Assembly (NCBI GenBank): GCA_043808095.1
Contig: JAZDFF010000035.1
Location: 1-57,204, forward strand
Direction: 5' to 3'
Source of the DNA: Candidatus Omnitrophota bacterium
Lineage (GTDB): Bacteria > Omnitrophota > Gorgyraeia > JAZDFF01
Length of the DNA stretch: 57,204 nt
Every line of letters starts with the position of its first letter. Within the stretch, counting starts at the first letter, position 1. The notes under the pieces were generated by a model. That model saw only the letters and a program-made list of their open reading frames with translations, had not been told where the DNA came from and ran no database searches. Below are positions 8,280 through 17,447 of the stretch, piece by piece. Made by a program: the position numbers and the translations under genes.

Positions 8280-10244
8280 TTATTCCAGATCTTCTTCCTT
8301 TTGATCTTTCTTAGACTGGGCGATAATGGTTGCGGAGATTTTTGCAGGGATCTCTTCGTAATGAGAAAATTTCATGGTGTACATTCCCCGGCCGCCGGTT
8401 ATTGAACGCAGGTCATTGGCATACTTAAACATTTCAGATAAAGGAACCTGGGCCTTTAGGACCTGGAGTTTGCCTTTTACATCCATGCCCATAATCCTTC
8501 CGCGACGGGAATTGATATCTCCGGAAATAGGGCCCATATAGTCTTCGCTTACTATAACATCAACATCCATAATCGGCTCAAGTAGAACCGGGCCTGCCTC
8601 AAACACTGCCTTTCTTAGAGCCATTCTTCCGGCAATCTGAAAGGCGATATCGGATGAGTCGACATCATGATATGAACCGTCAACCAAAGTCACTTTTAAA
8701 TTTACCAGGGGATAACCCGCTACTACCCCTTGAATACATGCATTTCTTACGCCTTTTTCAACCGAAGGAATAAAATTTCTGGGAATCGCCCCGCCGAAAA
8801 TCTTATCCACAAATTCAAATTCAGAATCTTTAGAAAGAGGCTCTATCTCAAGCCAGACATCGCCGTATTGTCCGCGGCCGCCTGACTGCTTTTTATATTT
8901 GCCCTGAACCCTGGTGGTCTTTTTAATCGTCTCTTTATAAGCTACCTTGGGAGTGCCAAGTTCAACCTCAACCCCGAATCTTTTGCGCATGCGGCCGACC
9001 ATAATCTCAAGATGCAGATCGCCCATTCCCGAGACAAGTTGCTCCTTGGTCTGGGGATCGCGATTAACCAGGAATGTCGGGTCTTCAATGGCTAATTTAG
9101 ATAAACTCTGGGAGATTTTTTCCTCATCCTGGCGCGACTTGGGTTTTATGGAGGCGGAAATGACTGTCTGGGGGAAAATTATAGGATTAAAGAGAATGGT
9201 TTTGCTGTTGTCGGTCATTGTATCTGAGGTAGAAGTATCTTTTAATTTGGCTAAGGCCGCGATATCGCCGCAAGAAACTTCATCAACCGGTCTTTGTTCC
9301 TTGCCAAAGAGAAAATACAACTGGCCGATGCGCTCTTTTACCTCCTTGTTGGTATTATAAAATTCTGTATTTGAAGATAATTTTCCGGAAAATACCCGAA
9401 AGACAGTTAATTGTCCTACGTATGCATCATAAATTGTCTTAAAGACAAATCCCGCAAGCGGCCCATCAGAAGCGGGCTTTAAGATCTTTTCCTTCTTGGC
9501 TACAGGGTCAAGGCCTTTTAGCGGTTGTCTTTCTAAAGGCGAGGCTAGATAATTTATTATTGCCTCAAGGAGCTTATCTACACCCTGGTCATTAATGGCG
9601 CTTCCTGAAAGTATTGGATAGACCTTGCCCTGGATAATTGCGCCTCTTAAGGCCTGTCTGATTTCATCTTCGGTAAACTCTTTTCCTTCGAGGTACTTTT
9701 CAAGGAGCGCATCCTGGGTCTCAGCTACTGCCTCAACAAGGGCCTTATCAAAAGGCTCATTGATAGGAAGGCACTTCTTAGAAAGGTTCTCGCGGATATC
9801 CTTTATGCATTTATTTAGGTCAGCGTTTTCTTTATCAAGCTTATTTATAAAAATTATCCGCGGCACATTTGCCTCTTCCAATAACTCCCAGACCATTTCT
9901 GTGCTTACTTCGATTCCGTTTACTGCATCCACTATTAATACGGCATTATCTGCGGCATGCAGGCAAGATATAACCTCCCCGAGAAAATCCATATATCCGG
10001 GCGTATCAATAAATTGAATCTGATGGCCTTTAAAATTACAGGTTAAGACGCTGGCATTTACCGAAGACCTTCTCTCAATCTCATCCGGGCTATAATCGGA
10101 AATGGTATTGCCTTCAGCCACTGAGCCTCTACGGGTAGTAGCGCCTGTCTTAAACAAAACAGCCTCAGAAAGGGTGGTCTTGCCGGCCTGGGCATGGGAT
10201 AATAGGACAAAATTACGTTTTTTTGATGCATCTTGTTTTGCCAT
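8280..10244 (-). CDS. fusA: Elongation factor G paralog (EF-G2-like)
   Basis: GKTT, DTPGY, NKLD, GMGDLHL, KQSGGRGQYG, LLEPIM; ATG 10244 with GGAGG RBS. Confidence 0.92.
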   Translation of the reverse strand: MAKQDASKKRNFVLLSHAQAGKTTLSEAVLFKTGATTRRGSVAEGNTISDYSPDEIERRSSVNASVLTCNFKGHQIQFIDTPGYMDFLGEVISCLHAADNAVLIVDAVNGIEVSTEMVWELLEEANVPRIIFINKLDKENADLNKCIKDIRENLSKKCLPINEPFDKALVEAVAETQDALLEKYLEGKEFTEDEIRQALRGAIIQGKVYPILSGSAINDQGVDKLLEAIINYLASPLERQPLKGLDPVAKKEKILKPASDGPLAGFVFKTIYDAYVGQLTVFRVFSGKLSSNTEFYNTNKEVKERIGQLYFLFGKEQRPVDEVSCGDIAALAKLKDTSTSDTMTDNSKTILFNPIIFPQTVISASIKPKSRQDEEKISQSLSKLAIEDPTFLVNRDPQTKEQLVSGMGDLHLEIMVGRMRKRFGVEVELGTPKVAYKETIKKTTRVQGKYKKQSGGRGQYGDVWLEIEPLSKDSEFEFVDKIFGGAIPRNFIPSVEKGVRNACIQGVVAGYPLVNLKVTLVDGSYHDVDSSDIAFQIAGRMALRKAVFEAGPVLLEPIMDVDVIVSEDYMGPISGDINSRRGRIMGMDVKGKLQVLKAQVPLSEMFKYANDLRSITGGRGMYTMKFSHYEEIPAKISATIIAQSKKDQKEEDLE

Positions 10245-10297
10245 ATTCAGAACCTCCCAAGAGAACCGCAAAGCGCGGGCCAAAATTTGAGAGATAT

Positions 10298-10326
10298 ATT
10301 ATATGGGAAAAAAAATAGGAAGTCAA
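10298..10326 (-). promoter_or_regulatory. Sigma70-type promoter for the EF-G paralog operon
   Basis: TTGACT-N17-TATAAT on - strand. Confidence 0.75.
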
Positions 10327-10471
10327 GTAAGGATTAAAAAGAAGGGGTAAAGAGGATTTAAGGCTGAAAAAGGAGTCAAAGGGGAAAAATGCGTAAGATT
10401 ATATAAAAGAAAGGGTTTTATCTCTGTTTTAATCAATCTTTTGATAAAACTCAGGATTAATTGTGATCAGG

Positions 10472-10665
10472 TCTAGATGCTCGTCTCTAGTTATCCCCGC
10501 CTGCCGGCGGGCAGGGATGCTGGTATCGTCCTTCGACAGGCTCAGGACGATATCCTGAGTGCAATCGAAGGATATCGAAACTAGATTCTTGAAGCTGGGA
10601 ATTATAATATTAATATATTTAAACTAGCTTCGATACGAGCATCCATACCGAAAGCCGAGTTTCTA
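10472..10665. repeat. Degenerate heptamer inverted array with nested REP-like hairpins
   Basis: cccgcctgccggcgggcaggg and ccttcgacaggctcagg...cctgagtgcaatcgaagg embedded in gatgct/aaactag-type repeats. Confidence 0.6.
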
Positions 10666-10765
10666 AACTAAAGAAGATATTAACTTGACCTTGGATAGAA
10701 AATTAACTTTAAACTCAAAATGATTTATTGGTAACGGGTATGTGTGAAGACGAATAGAAGGAGGA

Positions 10766-11953
10766 TTATTCCTGGTAGGTAAAAATCTTGTCTTCGTAGT
10801 TTCGGATGGTGTATTTATCTTTATCCTGGGACATGAGATAATTGGGGGCAACCGGAACCTTCCCGCCGCCGCCCGGGGCATCTATAACATAGGTAGGAAC
10901 GGCATAGCCTGAGGTATGGCCCCGTAGTTTTTCCATAATATTGATGCCCACGGCCACCGGAGTCCTGAAATGGGCTGTACCCCTTACCGGATCGCACTGG
11001 TATATGTAATAAGGCCGCACGCGTATCTTAAGGAGCTCATGCATCAGTCTTTTCATAGTCGAAGGCCGGTCATTTATGCCTTTTAAAAGCACGGTCTGGC
11101 TGCCTAAAGGTATACCACTGTCAACCAAAAAGTCACAGGCCTGCTTGGTGAGTTTAGTGATCTCCTTGGGATGGTTAAAATGTATGCTCATCCAGATAGG
11201 CGAGTATTTTTTAAGCATGTTCACAAACTTAGGGGTAATACGCATAGGAAGGTTTACCGGTACGCGCGTTCCGATGCGCAAGAATTCAACATGAGGAATG
11301 GCTTTAACCGCCTTAATAATCTCCTCAAGCGCCTCATCCTCAAGCATCAGGGGATCTCCTCCGGAAATTAATACATCGCGCACCTTTTTGTTTGATTTTA
11401 TATAATCTAAGGCCAGGTCTATCCTTTTTAAATTGGTCTCTTTTTCTCCTACCAGGCGCCTTCGCGTACAATGGCGGCAATACATCGCGCATTGTTCGGT
11501 GGCCAAAAGAAGTATGCGATCCGGATAACGATGCACCAGGCCCGGAACCGGAGAATCCTTGTCTTCGGCACAAGGATCATCCATCTCCTGTTCATAGCTG
11601 TTAAATTCGGATATGGTCGGTACAGCCTGACGGCGCAGGGGACAGTTCGGGTCCTGGGGGTCCATTAACAAGGCCCAGTAAGGTGTAATGGCAAGGGCAA
11701 GCCTGCCGCTTGATCTTTTTATACCTGCCTCTTCTTCTTCGGTGAGGTTGATGATTTGGGCAAGTTGTTCTCTTTTAGTAATACGGTTTTTTACCTGCCA
11801 ACGCCAGTCATACCATTTTTCCGGAATAAGGTCATCCCAGAGTTGCACCCGCTTATAATCGAGGGCAGATTGAATCTTTTTCGGTATAGGAATTATTTCC
11901 AGGTCTTGTTCGTTTTTCTGCGTTTCTTTAGTCTGCGTTGTTTCGCCGGCCAA
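10766..11953 (-). CDS. kamA: KamA-family radical SAM enzyme (lysine 2,3-aminomutase-like)
   Basis: HRYPDR, CAMYCRHCTRRR, SGGDPL, PYYIYQCD, YVIDAPGGGGK (PLP lysine). Confidence 0.9.
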   Translation of the reverse strand: MAGETTQTKETQKNEQDLEIIPIPKKIQSALDYKRVQLWDDLIPEKWYDWRWQVKNRITKREQLAQIINLTEEEEAGIKRSSGRLALAITPYWALLMDPQDPNCPLRRQAVPTISEFNSYEQEMDDPCAEDKDSPVPGLVHRYPDRILLLATEQCAMYCRHCTRRRLVGEKETNLKRIDLALDYIKSNKKVRDVLISGGDPLMLEDEALEEIIKAVKAIPHVEFLRIGTRVPVNLPMRITPKFVNMLKKYSPIWMSIHFNHPKEITKLTKQACDFLVDSGIPLGSQTVLLKGINDRPSTMKRLMHELLKIRVRPYYIYQCDPVRGTAHFRTPVAVGINIMEKLRGHTSGYAVPTYVIDAPGGGGKVPVAPNYLMSQDKDKYTIRNYEDKIFTYQE

Positions 11954-11954
11954 G

Positions 11955-12962
11955 TTATTCTCCTGATTTTTTTAGGTTATACCTTTCTAAGGCATAATCC
12001 AGGATTCTGTTTACCATCTGATTATAAGTCTCGCCCATAAGCTCGGCTTCAAACCTAAAGACATCTTCAACAGATAATGACGGCAGAGGATTTATCTCAA
12101 GGACATAGGGATTGCCTTTTTCATCCACGCGAAAATCTACCCGGCCAAAATCCCGGCATTCTACTGCCTTATAAGTAACCAAGGCCATCTTTTTAAGATG
12201 GCCTTCTAGCTCTTTATCAATCTTGGCAGGGCAGACATATTTTACCTTGTCTGAATGGATCCGATCATAAGTATAAATCAAATCACCCAGTTTTAATTTT
12301 CCGTCGATCTCGGTCTGGACTATCTCCAAAACAAGCGGAGGGTCATTTCCGATAATCGGAACAGTAAATTCATATCCGCTGATGAACTCTTCAACTAATG
12401 CAGATTGTTTATAAACTTCATTGACAAACCGGATCTGTTCAATAAGGCGGTCTCTATTTTCTACCCGCGATTTATCGGATACGCCTTTAGACGAACCTTC
12501 ATAGCGGGGTTTAACCATCATGGGAAAGTCAAAGGGCAGTCCGTTAAGGCTGCCGGCAGTGGTTGCCTCAAAAAACCGCGGGGTCGGTAGACCCGTATAA
12601 CTAATCACCTTTTTGGTCAGGATCTTATCCAGGGTAAGAGCCAAGGTCAGACCATCCGAGCCGACAAAAGGTACATTCATCGCCTCAAGAATTACCGGCA
12701 CCTGCGACTCGCGGTTTCTGCCGATAAGGCCTTCTGAAATATTAAATACGATATCGACTTTCTGTAAAATATCAAGGTTGCGCAATAAATTCTGGGCATT
12801 GCCGATTTTTATAACTTCGTGGCCCCCGGAGGCGATGGCATTATTTACCTGCTCAATAGTAGAATCCTGGTCAAATTCCGCAACAATATCCTCAGGATCG
12901 GTTTTTTTGGACCTATATTGGCTTTTTACGTCATAAGTAAGCCCGACAATCTTTTTTTTCAT
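11955..12962 (-). CDS. D-Ala-D-Ala ligase-like ATP-grasp protein
   Basis: FNISEG, VPFVGSD, KPRYEGSSKG, EEFISGYEFTV, RVDFR, LEINPLP. Confidence 0.88.
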   Translation of the reverse strand: MKKKIVGLTYDVKSQYRSKKTDPEDIVAEFDQDSTIEQVNNAIASGGHEVIKIGNAQNLLRNLDILQKVDIVFNISEGLIGRNRESQVPVILEAMNVPFVGSDGLTLALTLDKILTKKVISYTGLPTPRFFEATTAGSLNGLPFDFPMMVKPRYEGSSKGVSDKSRVENRDRLIEQIRFVNEVYKQSALVEEFISGYEFTVPIIGNDPPLVLEIVQTEIDGKLKLGDLIYTYDRIHSDKVKYVCPAKIDKELEGHLKKMALVTYKAVECRDFGRVDFRVDEKGNPYVLEINPLPSLSVEDVFRFEAELMGETYNQMVNRILDYALERYNLKKSGE

Positions 12963-12969
12963 CGCTTTT

Positions 12970-13008
12970 TAAAAGAAAAAGGGGCCTTTAAAAAATAAAA
13001 GGCCCCTT
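12970..13008 (-). terminator. Intrinsic terminator-like hairpin in leader of the ATP-grasp/kamA operon
   Basis: - strand aaggggcctttt...aaaggcccctt followed by T-rich tract. Confidence 0.5.
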
Positions 13009-13097
13009 AAAAAATCAACCCTGCACTCCTCTATGTCTTTCCAATTTTTTATTCTACCCTCTCTTTGATTGTTTAAAAACTTTTCTTTCTTACTATT

Positions 13098-13126
13098 AAA
13101 TTAACACAAAATTATACCGTTGTCAA
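13098..13126 (-). promoter_or_regulatory. Sigma70-type promoter
   Basis: TTGACA-N17-TAATTT with extended TG. Confidence 0.55.
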
Positions 13127-13298
13127 TAAAATTTTAACTAAATTCTAAAAAATAAAACCTGATTCTTCGCATTTTTACCTTGATTCTACGTCGACAAAAT
13201 GGAAGATTATAAAAAATTATTTTTTGATTTTAATTCTGTATAAATATGCGTGCATCTTCCGATAATTAAAATTATTTTCTAGAATCGTACGGAAAAAC

Positions 13299-13480
13299 GC
13301 CTGCCTGTTGACAGGCAGGCAGAAAATCTATACATTCGCGGCCAAAAAACTGGCATTTGGTTCGACTGCGCTCACCACCCCGAGCGGAGCCGAAGGACAG
13401 ACTGAGAATGAACGATTGAGCCACTCAGTCCTTCGATTAGACTCAGGACTGAGTACTGAGCGAAGTCGAACGTACTCAGT
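13299..13480. repeat. Cluster of REP-like palindromes (TTCGAC-n-GCTCA / TGAGCG-n-AGTCGAA and CCTGCCTG..CAGGCAGG)
   Basis: Same family at 5723, 10530, 15319, 39833, 49153. Confidence 0.75.
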
Positions 13481-13524
13481 ATCAATTTTAAATAAACTTC
13501 TATTTTCGGACAAGAGAAATTGGT

Positions 13525-14541
13525 TTAACAGATCCTTGGTATGGGATCTGAAGTCAACATATCTAAAATTCTCTCGCCGCCAACGCAAGTATTTAAAATT
13601 GCCTTGCCTTTATACCTTTTATTAAGTTCGCCGATTATGCAACTATCTTTGCCATCGGGAAGTCTCTTCATGATATCTAAAGCCATATTTACGTAATTTT
13701 TATCAATTACCAGAACAACTTTGCCTTCATTGGCAATGTATAAAGGATCCAAACCTAAAATATTACAGGCCGCCCTTACTGACTTATTGACAGGTATGGA
13801 ATTTTCATCCAGGATGATGCCCAAATCAGTTGACTGCGCTATCTCATTTAATACCGTAGCCAATCCTCCTCTTGTAGGATCGCGCATAAATTTGATTGCA
13901 CCACTATCCCGCCTCATTTTCCCTAATAAGCCTAAAACCAGATTATTCAATGGGGCGGAGTCGCTTTTAATCCTAAAATCAAAATTTAATTCTTGCCTTT
14001 GACCTAAAATCGCCAGGCCATGATCACCGACAGGGCCATTTATGATTATTTTGTCAGACGGCCGGATAGACTTCGCCGAAAGCCTGATCCCTTTAATAAT
14101 CTCGCCTATCCCGGAGGTATTAATAAATATCTTATCCGCTTCGTTTTTACCGACCACCTTGGTATCGGCAGCAACAATTTCTACCTCGGCTTGTTTGGCT
14201 GCCCGGGAGGCCGAGGCGGTAATCTTATTTAATAAATTAATAGGAAACCCCTCTTCGATAATAAGGCCAAGCGATACCGCCTGCGGCCTTGCGCCCATCA
14301 TCAAGAGATCATTCACTGTGCCGAATACGGAAAGACTTCCGATATCTCCTCCGGGAAAAAACAGGGGTTTTACCACATAAGAATCAGTAGTAAAGGCAAA
14401 TGATTTATTGCCGATTTTTATCCTGGCAGCGTCAGTCAATTCATTCAAGGCCGGGCTTAAAAGATGCTTTAAGAATACGCCTTTGATTAAATCTTGAGTA
14501 AGCCTGCCGCCGCTACCATGGCCGATTTGGATTCTTTCCAT
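13525..14541 (-). CDS. hypE: Hydrogenase maturation carbamoyl dehydratase HypE
   Basis: HGSGG, TTDSYVV.PLFFPGGDIG, GTVND, RDPTRGG, NEGK, C-terminal PRIC. Confidence 0.96.
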   Translation of the reverse strand: MERIQIGHGSGGRLTQDLIKGVFLKHLLSPALNELTDAARIKIGNKSFAFTTDSYVVKPLFFPGGDIGSLSVFGTVNDLLMMGARPQAVSLGLIIEEGFPINLLNKITASASRAAKQAEVEIVAADTKVVGKNEADKIFINTSGIGEIIKGIRLSAKSIRPSDKIIINGPVGDHGLAILGQRQELNFDFRIKSDSAPLNNLVLGLLGKMRRDSGAIKFMRDPTRGGLATVLNEIAQSTDLGIILDENSIPVNKSVRAACNILGLDPLYIANEGKVVLVIDKNYVNMALDIMKRLPDGKDSCIIGELNKRYKGKAILNTCVGGERILDMLTSDPIPRIC

Positions 14542-14548
14542 AAATTGT

Positions 14549-15247
14549 TTATCTGGATTTTACCACCCCAACCCTCTTACAATACCCTCTAATCTTACAT
14601 TGCGAACACAAAGGGGAAACAGGCCTGCAGATATTCTGCCCAAAGGCCACCAATATTGGATTATACACCTTAAAGAAACGCCGGGGTAATATTTTTCTCA
14701 GGCTCATCTCAGTGCCAAATGCATCCTTGGTCTTAATTAAACCTAAGCGATTAGAAATCCTGTGCACATGCGTATCAACACAGATGCCGTATTTATTAAA
14801 ACCTTCAGTCAAAACAAGGTTTGCTGTTTTTCTGCCTACGCCCTTTAGGCTAAGGAGCCCTTCTAAGGTATATGGGACCTTGCCTTTAAACCTATCGATG
14901 ATTGTAGATGAAATCTCCTTGATATTTCTCGCCTTGGTATAATAAAAACCAACCGGATAAATTGCCTTTTCAATATCCCGAAGAGCAAGTTTTAAAATTC
15001 CCGACGGTGTATGGGCCTTTCTAAATAATCTTTCTGAGGCAGCATGAGTAGTTGCATCCTGGGTGCGCAGACTTAAGATACAGGATATCAAAACAATAAA
15101 AGGGTCTTTTTTAAAATCAAGCGCTACCCTGCTGACTGAAGGCATAGGCCAGGCCTTTGATTCTTCTTTTAAAATCGGAATAATCTTGGTGAAAATATCC
15201 TTTTGGCTCAAACCTTTATCCCCATATAAATAATCACAGATGTCCAC
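14549..15247 (-). CDS. nth: Endonuclease III
   Basis: LSLRTQD, HhH LKGVGRKTANLVL, VDTHVHRISNRLG, C-x6-C-x2-C-x5-C; start uncertain. Confidence 0.94.
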   Translation of the reverse strand: MDICDYLYGDKGLSQKDIFTKIIPILKEESKAWPMPSVSRVALDFKKDPFIVLISCILSLRTQDATTHAASERLFRKAHTPSGILKLALRDIEKAIYPVGFYYTKARNIKEISSTIIDRFKGKVPYTLEGLLSLKGVGRKTANLVLTEGFNKYGICVDTHVHRISNRLGLIKTKDAFGTEMSLRKILPRRFFKVYNPILVAFGQNICRPVSPLCSQCKIRGYCKRVGVVKSR

Positions 15248-15402
15248 AGATTATCCCACACCAAAATAAAAAAATCCAGCGGGATCCCGCTTGTGAGCGG
15301 GAAAAGATGCAGATTAGTCCTTCGACTACGCTCAGGACTAATGGTGAGCGAAGTCGAACCATTAGCACAGATGTCGTTGGCAATATCTGTGCCCATCTGT
15401 GT
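15234..15402. repeat. CACAGAT/ATCTGTG inverted array with nested GCGGGATCCCGC and CTTCGAC-GCTCAGG hairpins
   Basis: cacagat units left, atctgtg units right, two different hairpin families inside. Confidence 0.7.
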
Positions 15403-15419
15403 AAGGTAAGATATTCTAT

Positions 15420-16046
15420 TTATAACTTGATTCCTAGAGAGAAAAGATCCCTCTTTAATTTAGCCGCATTTTTAAAATGCAGGCTGTTAATCGATAATTT
15501 CGCTGCCGCATCAGTCAGTTCCTTACGATCATCGATATAGACAACTTCCTGCGGTCTTAATTTATAAATTTTTAATGCCTTTTTATAAATCAGAGGGTTG
15601 GGTTTAATAAAACCTATCTTATAAGAGAGGATGGCTTTAGAAAATATTTTTAAAACTTGTGGAAATTTTTTTCTTATATATCCAAAATGAAGCCTGTTTA
15701 TATTCGATAAAAGCGCTATTCGGTAGTTTCTTTTTAGAAATCTTGCAAATCTATGGACTTTTCTATTTTGGGGGCTAACAAAGAAAATCTCATTCCAGAC
15801 AGGTACAAAATCTCTGTAACTAATATTTAAGTTGAGCCTTCTCTTTAAGAGCGAAAAAAATCGATAGCCGGTAAGTTTTCCTGCCTCGAATTTTTGGGTG
15901 AGACCTGAATCAAAAAGAAAATTATAGACTTCCTTTAAATCGGCATGCGTAAAATTTAAAAGGCGCCTGGTGGCGATCCAGTGGTCGAAATCAATTACTA
16001 CATTGCCTAAATCGAAGATGATTAATTTATATCTTGTCTTACCCAT
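15420..16046 (-). CDS. HAD-superfamily phosphatase (YihX-like)
   Basis: FDLGNV, LLSN, KP...IY, YIDD. Confidence 0.9.
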   Translation of the reverse strand: MGKTRYKLIIFDLGNVVIDFDHWIATRRLLNFTHADLKEVYNFLFDSGLTQKFEAGKLTGYRFFSLLKRRLNLNISYRDFVPVWNEIFFVSPQNRKVHRFARFLKRNYRIALLSNINRLHFGYIRKKFPQVLKIFSKAILSYKIGFIKPNPLIYKKALKIYKLRPQEVVYIDDRKELTDAAAKLSINSLHFKNAAKLKRDLFSLGIKL

Positions 16047-16109
16047 GAATATATTTTTAAAATGCGGGTTTAAGGTTTGACTTAAGGCGGGAATTATACA
16101 CAGACTCTT

Positions 16110-17081
16110 TCAATTGTCCTTTTTCTCTATCTGTTTAAAAAGGTCTAAGAATCTGTCTTCGTATTCTTTATAAATATTCCATTTATCTAATTCTATCTTT
16201 AACTCATTTGCCTTTTTGATATCTTTTTTTGCATGTTCGAAAAGCTCTTCGATCTTGGCCTTAGCGGATTCGGGAAGTTTTGTGTAAGACTCGAGGCTCT
16301 TCTTGATACGTTCTATCTCCTCTTCGCCAATGGGCCCTTGAGTTTCTCCCGAGACCTTTAAATAATCGATTAATCTCTCGATCTCTTCTTCCATCGTTTT
16401 GGCCTGTTTTTTAAGATCGGCAAAGTCAAGGTCTACCTTAAGCAATTTCGAAAGCGCCTCCAGAACTATTAAAGATGCCTTGGGATTTTCAATCTGGATA
16501 GTATATAAAGGTACCTCACCTAAAATACAATAGCCGCTCATCTTTTTTTCTTTGGCTACCGCAAGCAAAAGACCATTCATGCCGCTGATTTGGCCTGCCT
16601 TCATCATCTGTATACCCTGGCTATTAAACCAAGTTGCACTATTTTTTTCGGTAGCCGCGGCTAAGACTTTCGGAGCAGTCAAGTGATCAATGGCAACCGG
16701 CATAGCGGCAAAGGTAAAAACCTTTTTTACCTTAAAAGCTTCGGCCAGGTTTAATATCTCCCGGGCATAGTTATAGCCCTTTTCAAAACCGGGCTGGGCT
16801 TCTGAGATAAATATGATAATATCATTTACTGCCTTTTTGTCCTTATAGAAATAAAATCTTCCCTTGGGAAACCAGGGTTTTGAGATTATGCCCTCATCCA
16901 CAAAGGCCTCCTGGGGAAAAAAGTACCCCTCGCAGTCAAAGCTTGCGAATTCCTGAGCCGCTAATTTATCCTTTAAATAGACTGCTGCCCTTATAGCCAC
17001 ATTGCCCATACCCGGCCAGCCGGCAATCAAAACAGGGTTTTTAAATTTCAATTTTTTATCAATCTTAATTTTTGTTTTCAT
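16110..17081 (-). CDS. PAC2 (proteasome assembly chaperone) family protein
   Basis: PVLIAGWPGMGNVA, ISGMNGLLL, ENPKAS; helical C-terminal extension. Confidence 0.85.
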   Translation of the reverse strand: MKTKIKIDKKLKFKNPVLIAGWPGMGNVAIRAAVYLKDKLAAQEFASFDCEGYFFPQEAFVDEGIISKPWFPKGRFYFYKDKKAVNDIIIFISEAQPGFEKGYNYAREILNLAEAFKVKKVFTFAAMPVAIDHLTAPKVLAAATEKNSATWFNSQGIQMMKAGQISGMNGLLLAVAKEKKMSGYCILGEVPLYTIQIENPKASLIVLEALSKLLKVDLDFADLKKQAKTMEEEIERLIDYLKVSGETQGPIGEEEIERIKKSLESYTKLPESAKAKIEELFEHAKKDIKKANELKIELDKWNIYKEYEDRFLDLFKQIEKKDN

Positions 17082-17171
17082 ATTTTTATGATTCCGGAGA
17101 TTCTAATTATGATTACAGTGATTATGCTTGATAAAAATATCATAAAAATGCTCCCAAGTCAACTCCGGAAT

Positions 17172-17429
17172 TTATAATTCCGGCAGATAAGTTGAAACCG
17201 CCTCAGAAATCGCCTTCCATTTATCAGAACTGTGGATATTAAACTTCTGTTTCCTTTTCCAGCCGTCTTTTTTTTTCTGCCAGAGATATACGCCGATTGA
17301 TTTTCTGCCCCAGGATTCAAACAAGACCACCGCCATCCACCACCCTGCTTTCTTGGTAACCGTAGTGGATTTTAAGACATTCAAAGGTGGGGCTATGGGC
17401 ATTTTTTCTTCGCTAATGCTGTCTGTCAT
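17172..17429 (-). CDS. Small hypothetical protein, possibly PC4-like nucleic-acid-binding fold
   Basis: 85 aa, GGAGG RBS, aromatic/basic beta pattern (IGVYLWQKKKDGWKRKQKF). Confidence 0.6.
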   Translation of the reverse strand: MTDSISEEKMPIAPPLNVLKSTTVTKKAGWWMAVVLFESWGRKSIGVYLWQKKKDGWKRKQKFNIHSSDKWKAISEAVSTYLPEL

Positions 17430-17447
17430 GCCGGCCTCCTTGCCTTA

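Noticed and set aside
13009-13090. Lysine riboswitch upstream of kamA operon (AGAGGAGTGC)
   Set aside because: Leader too short for the ~170-nt aptamer and other conserved stems absent
13308-13625. ORFs 13308-13625(+) and 13328-13588(-)
   Set aside because: Translations of REP-like repeats, overlapping hypE
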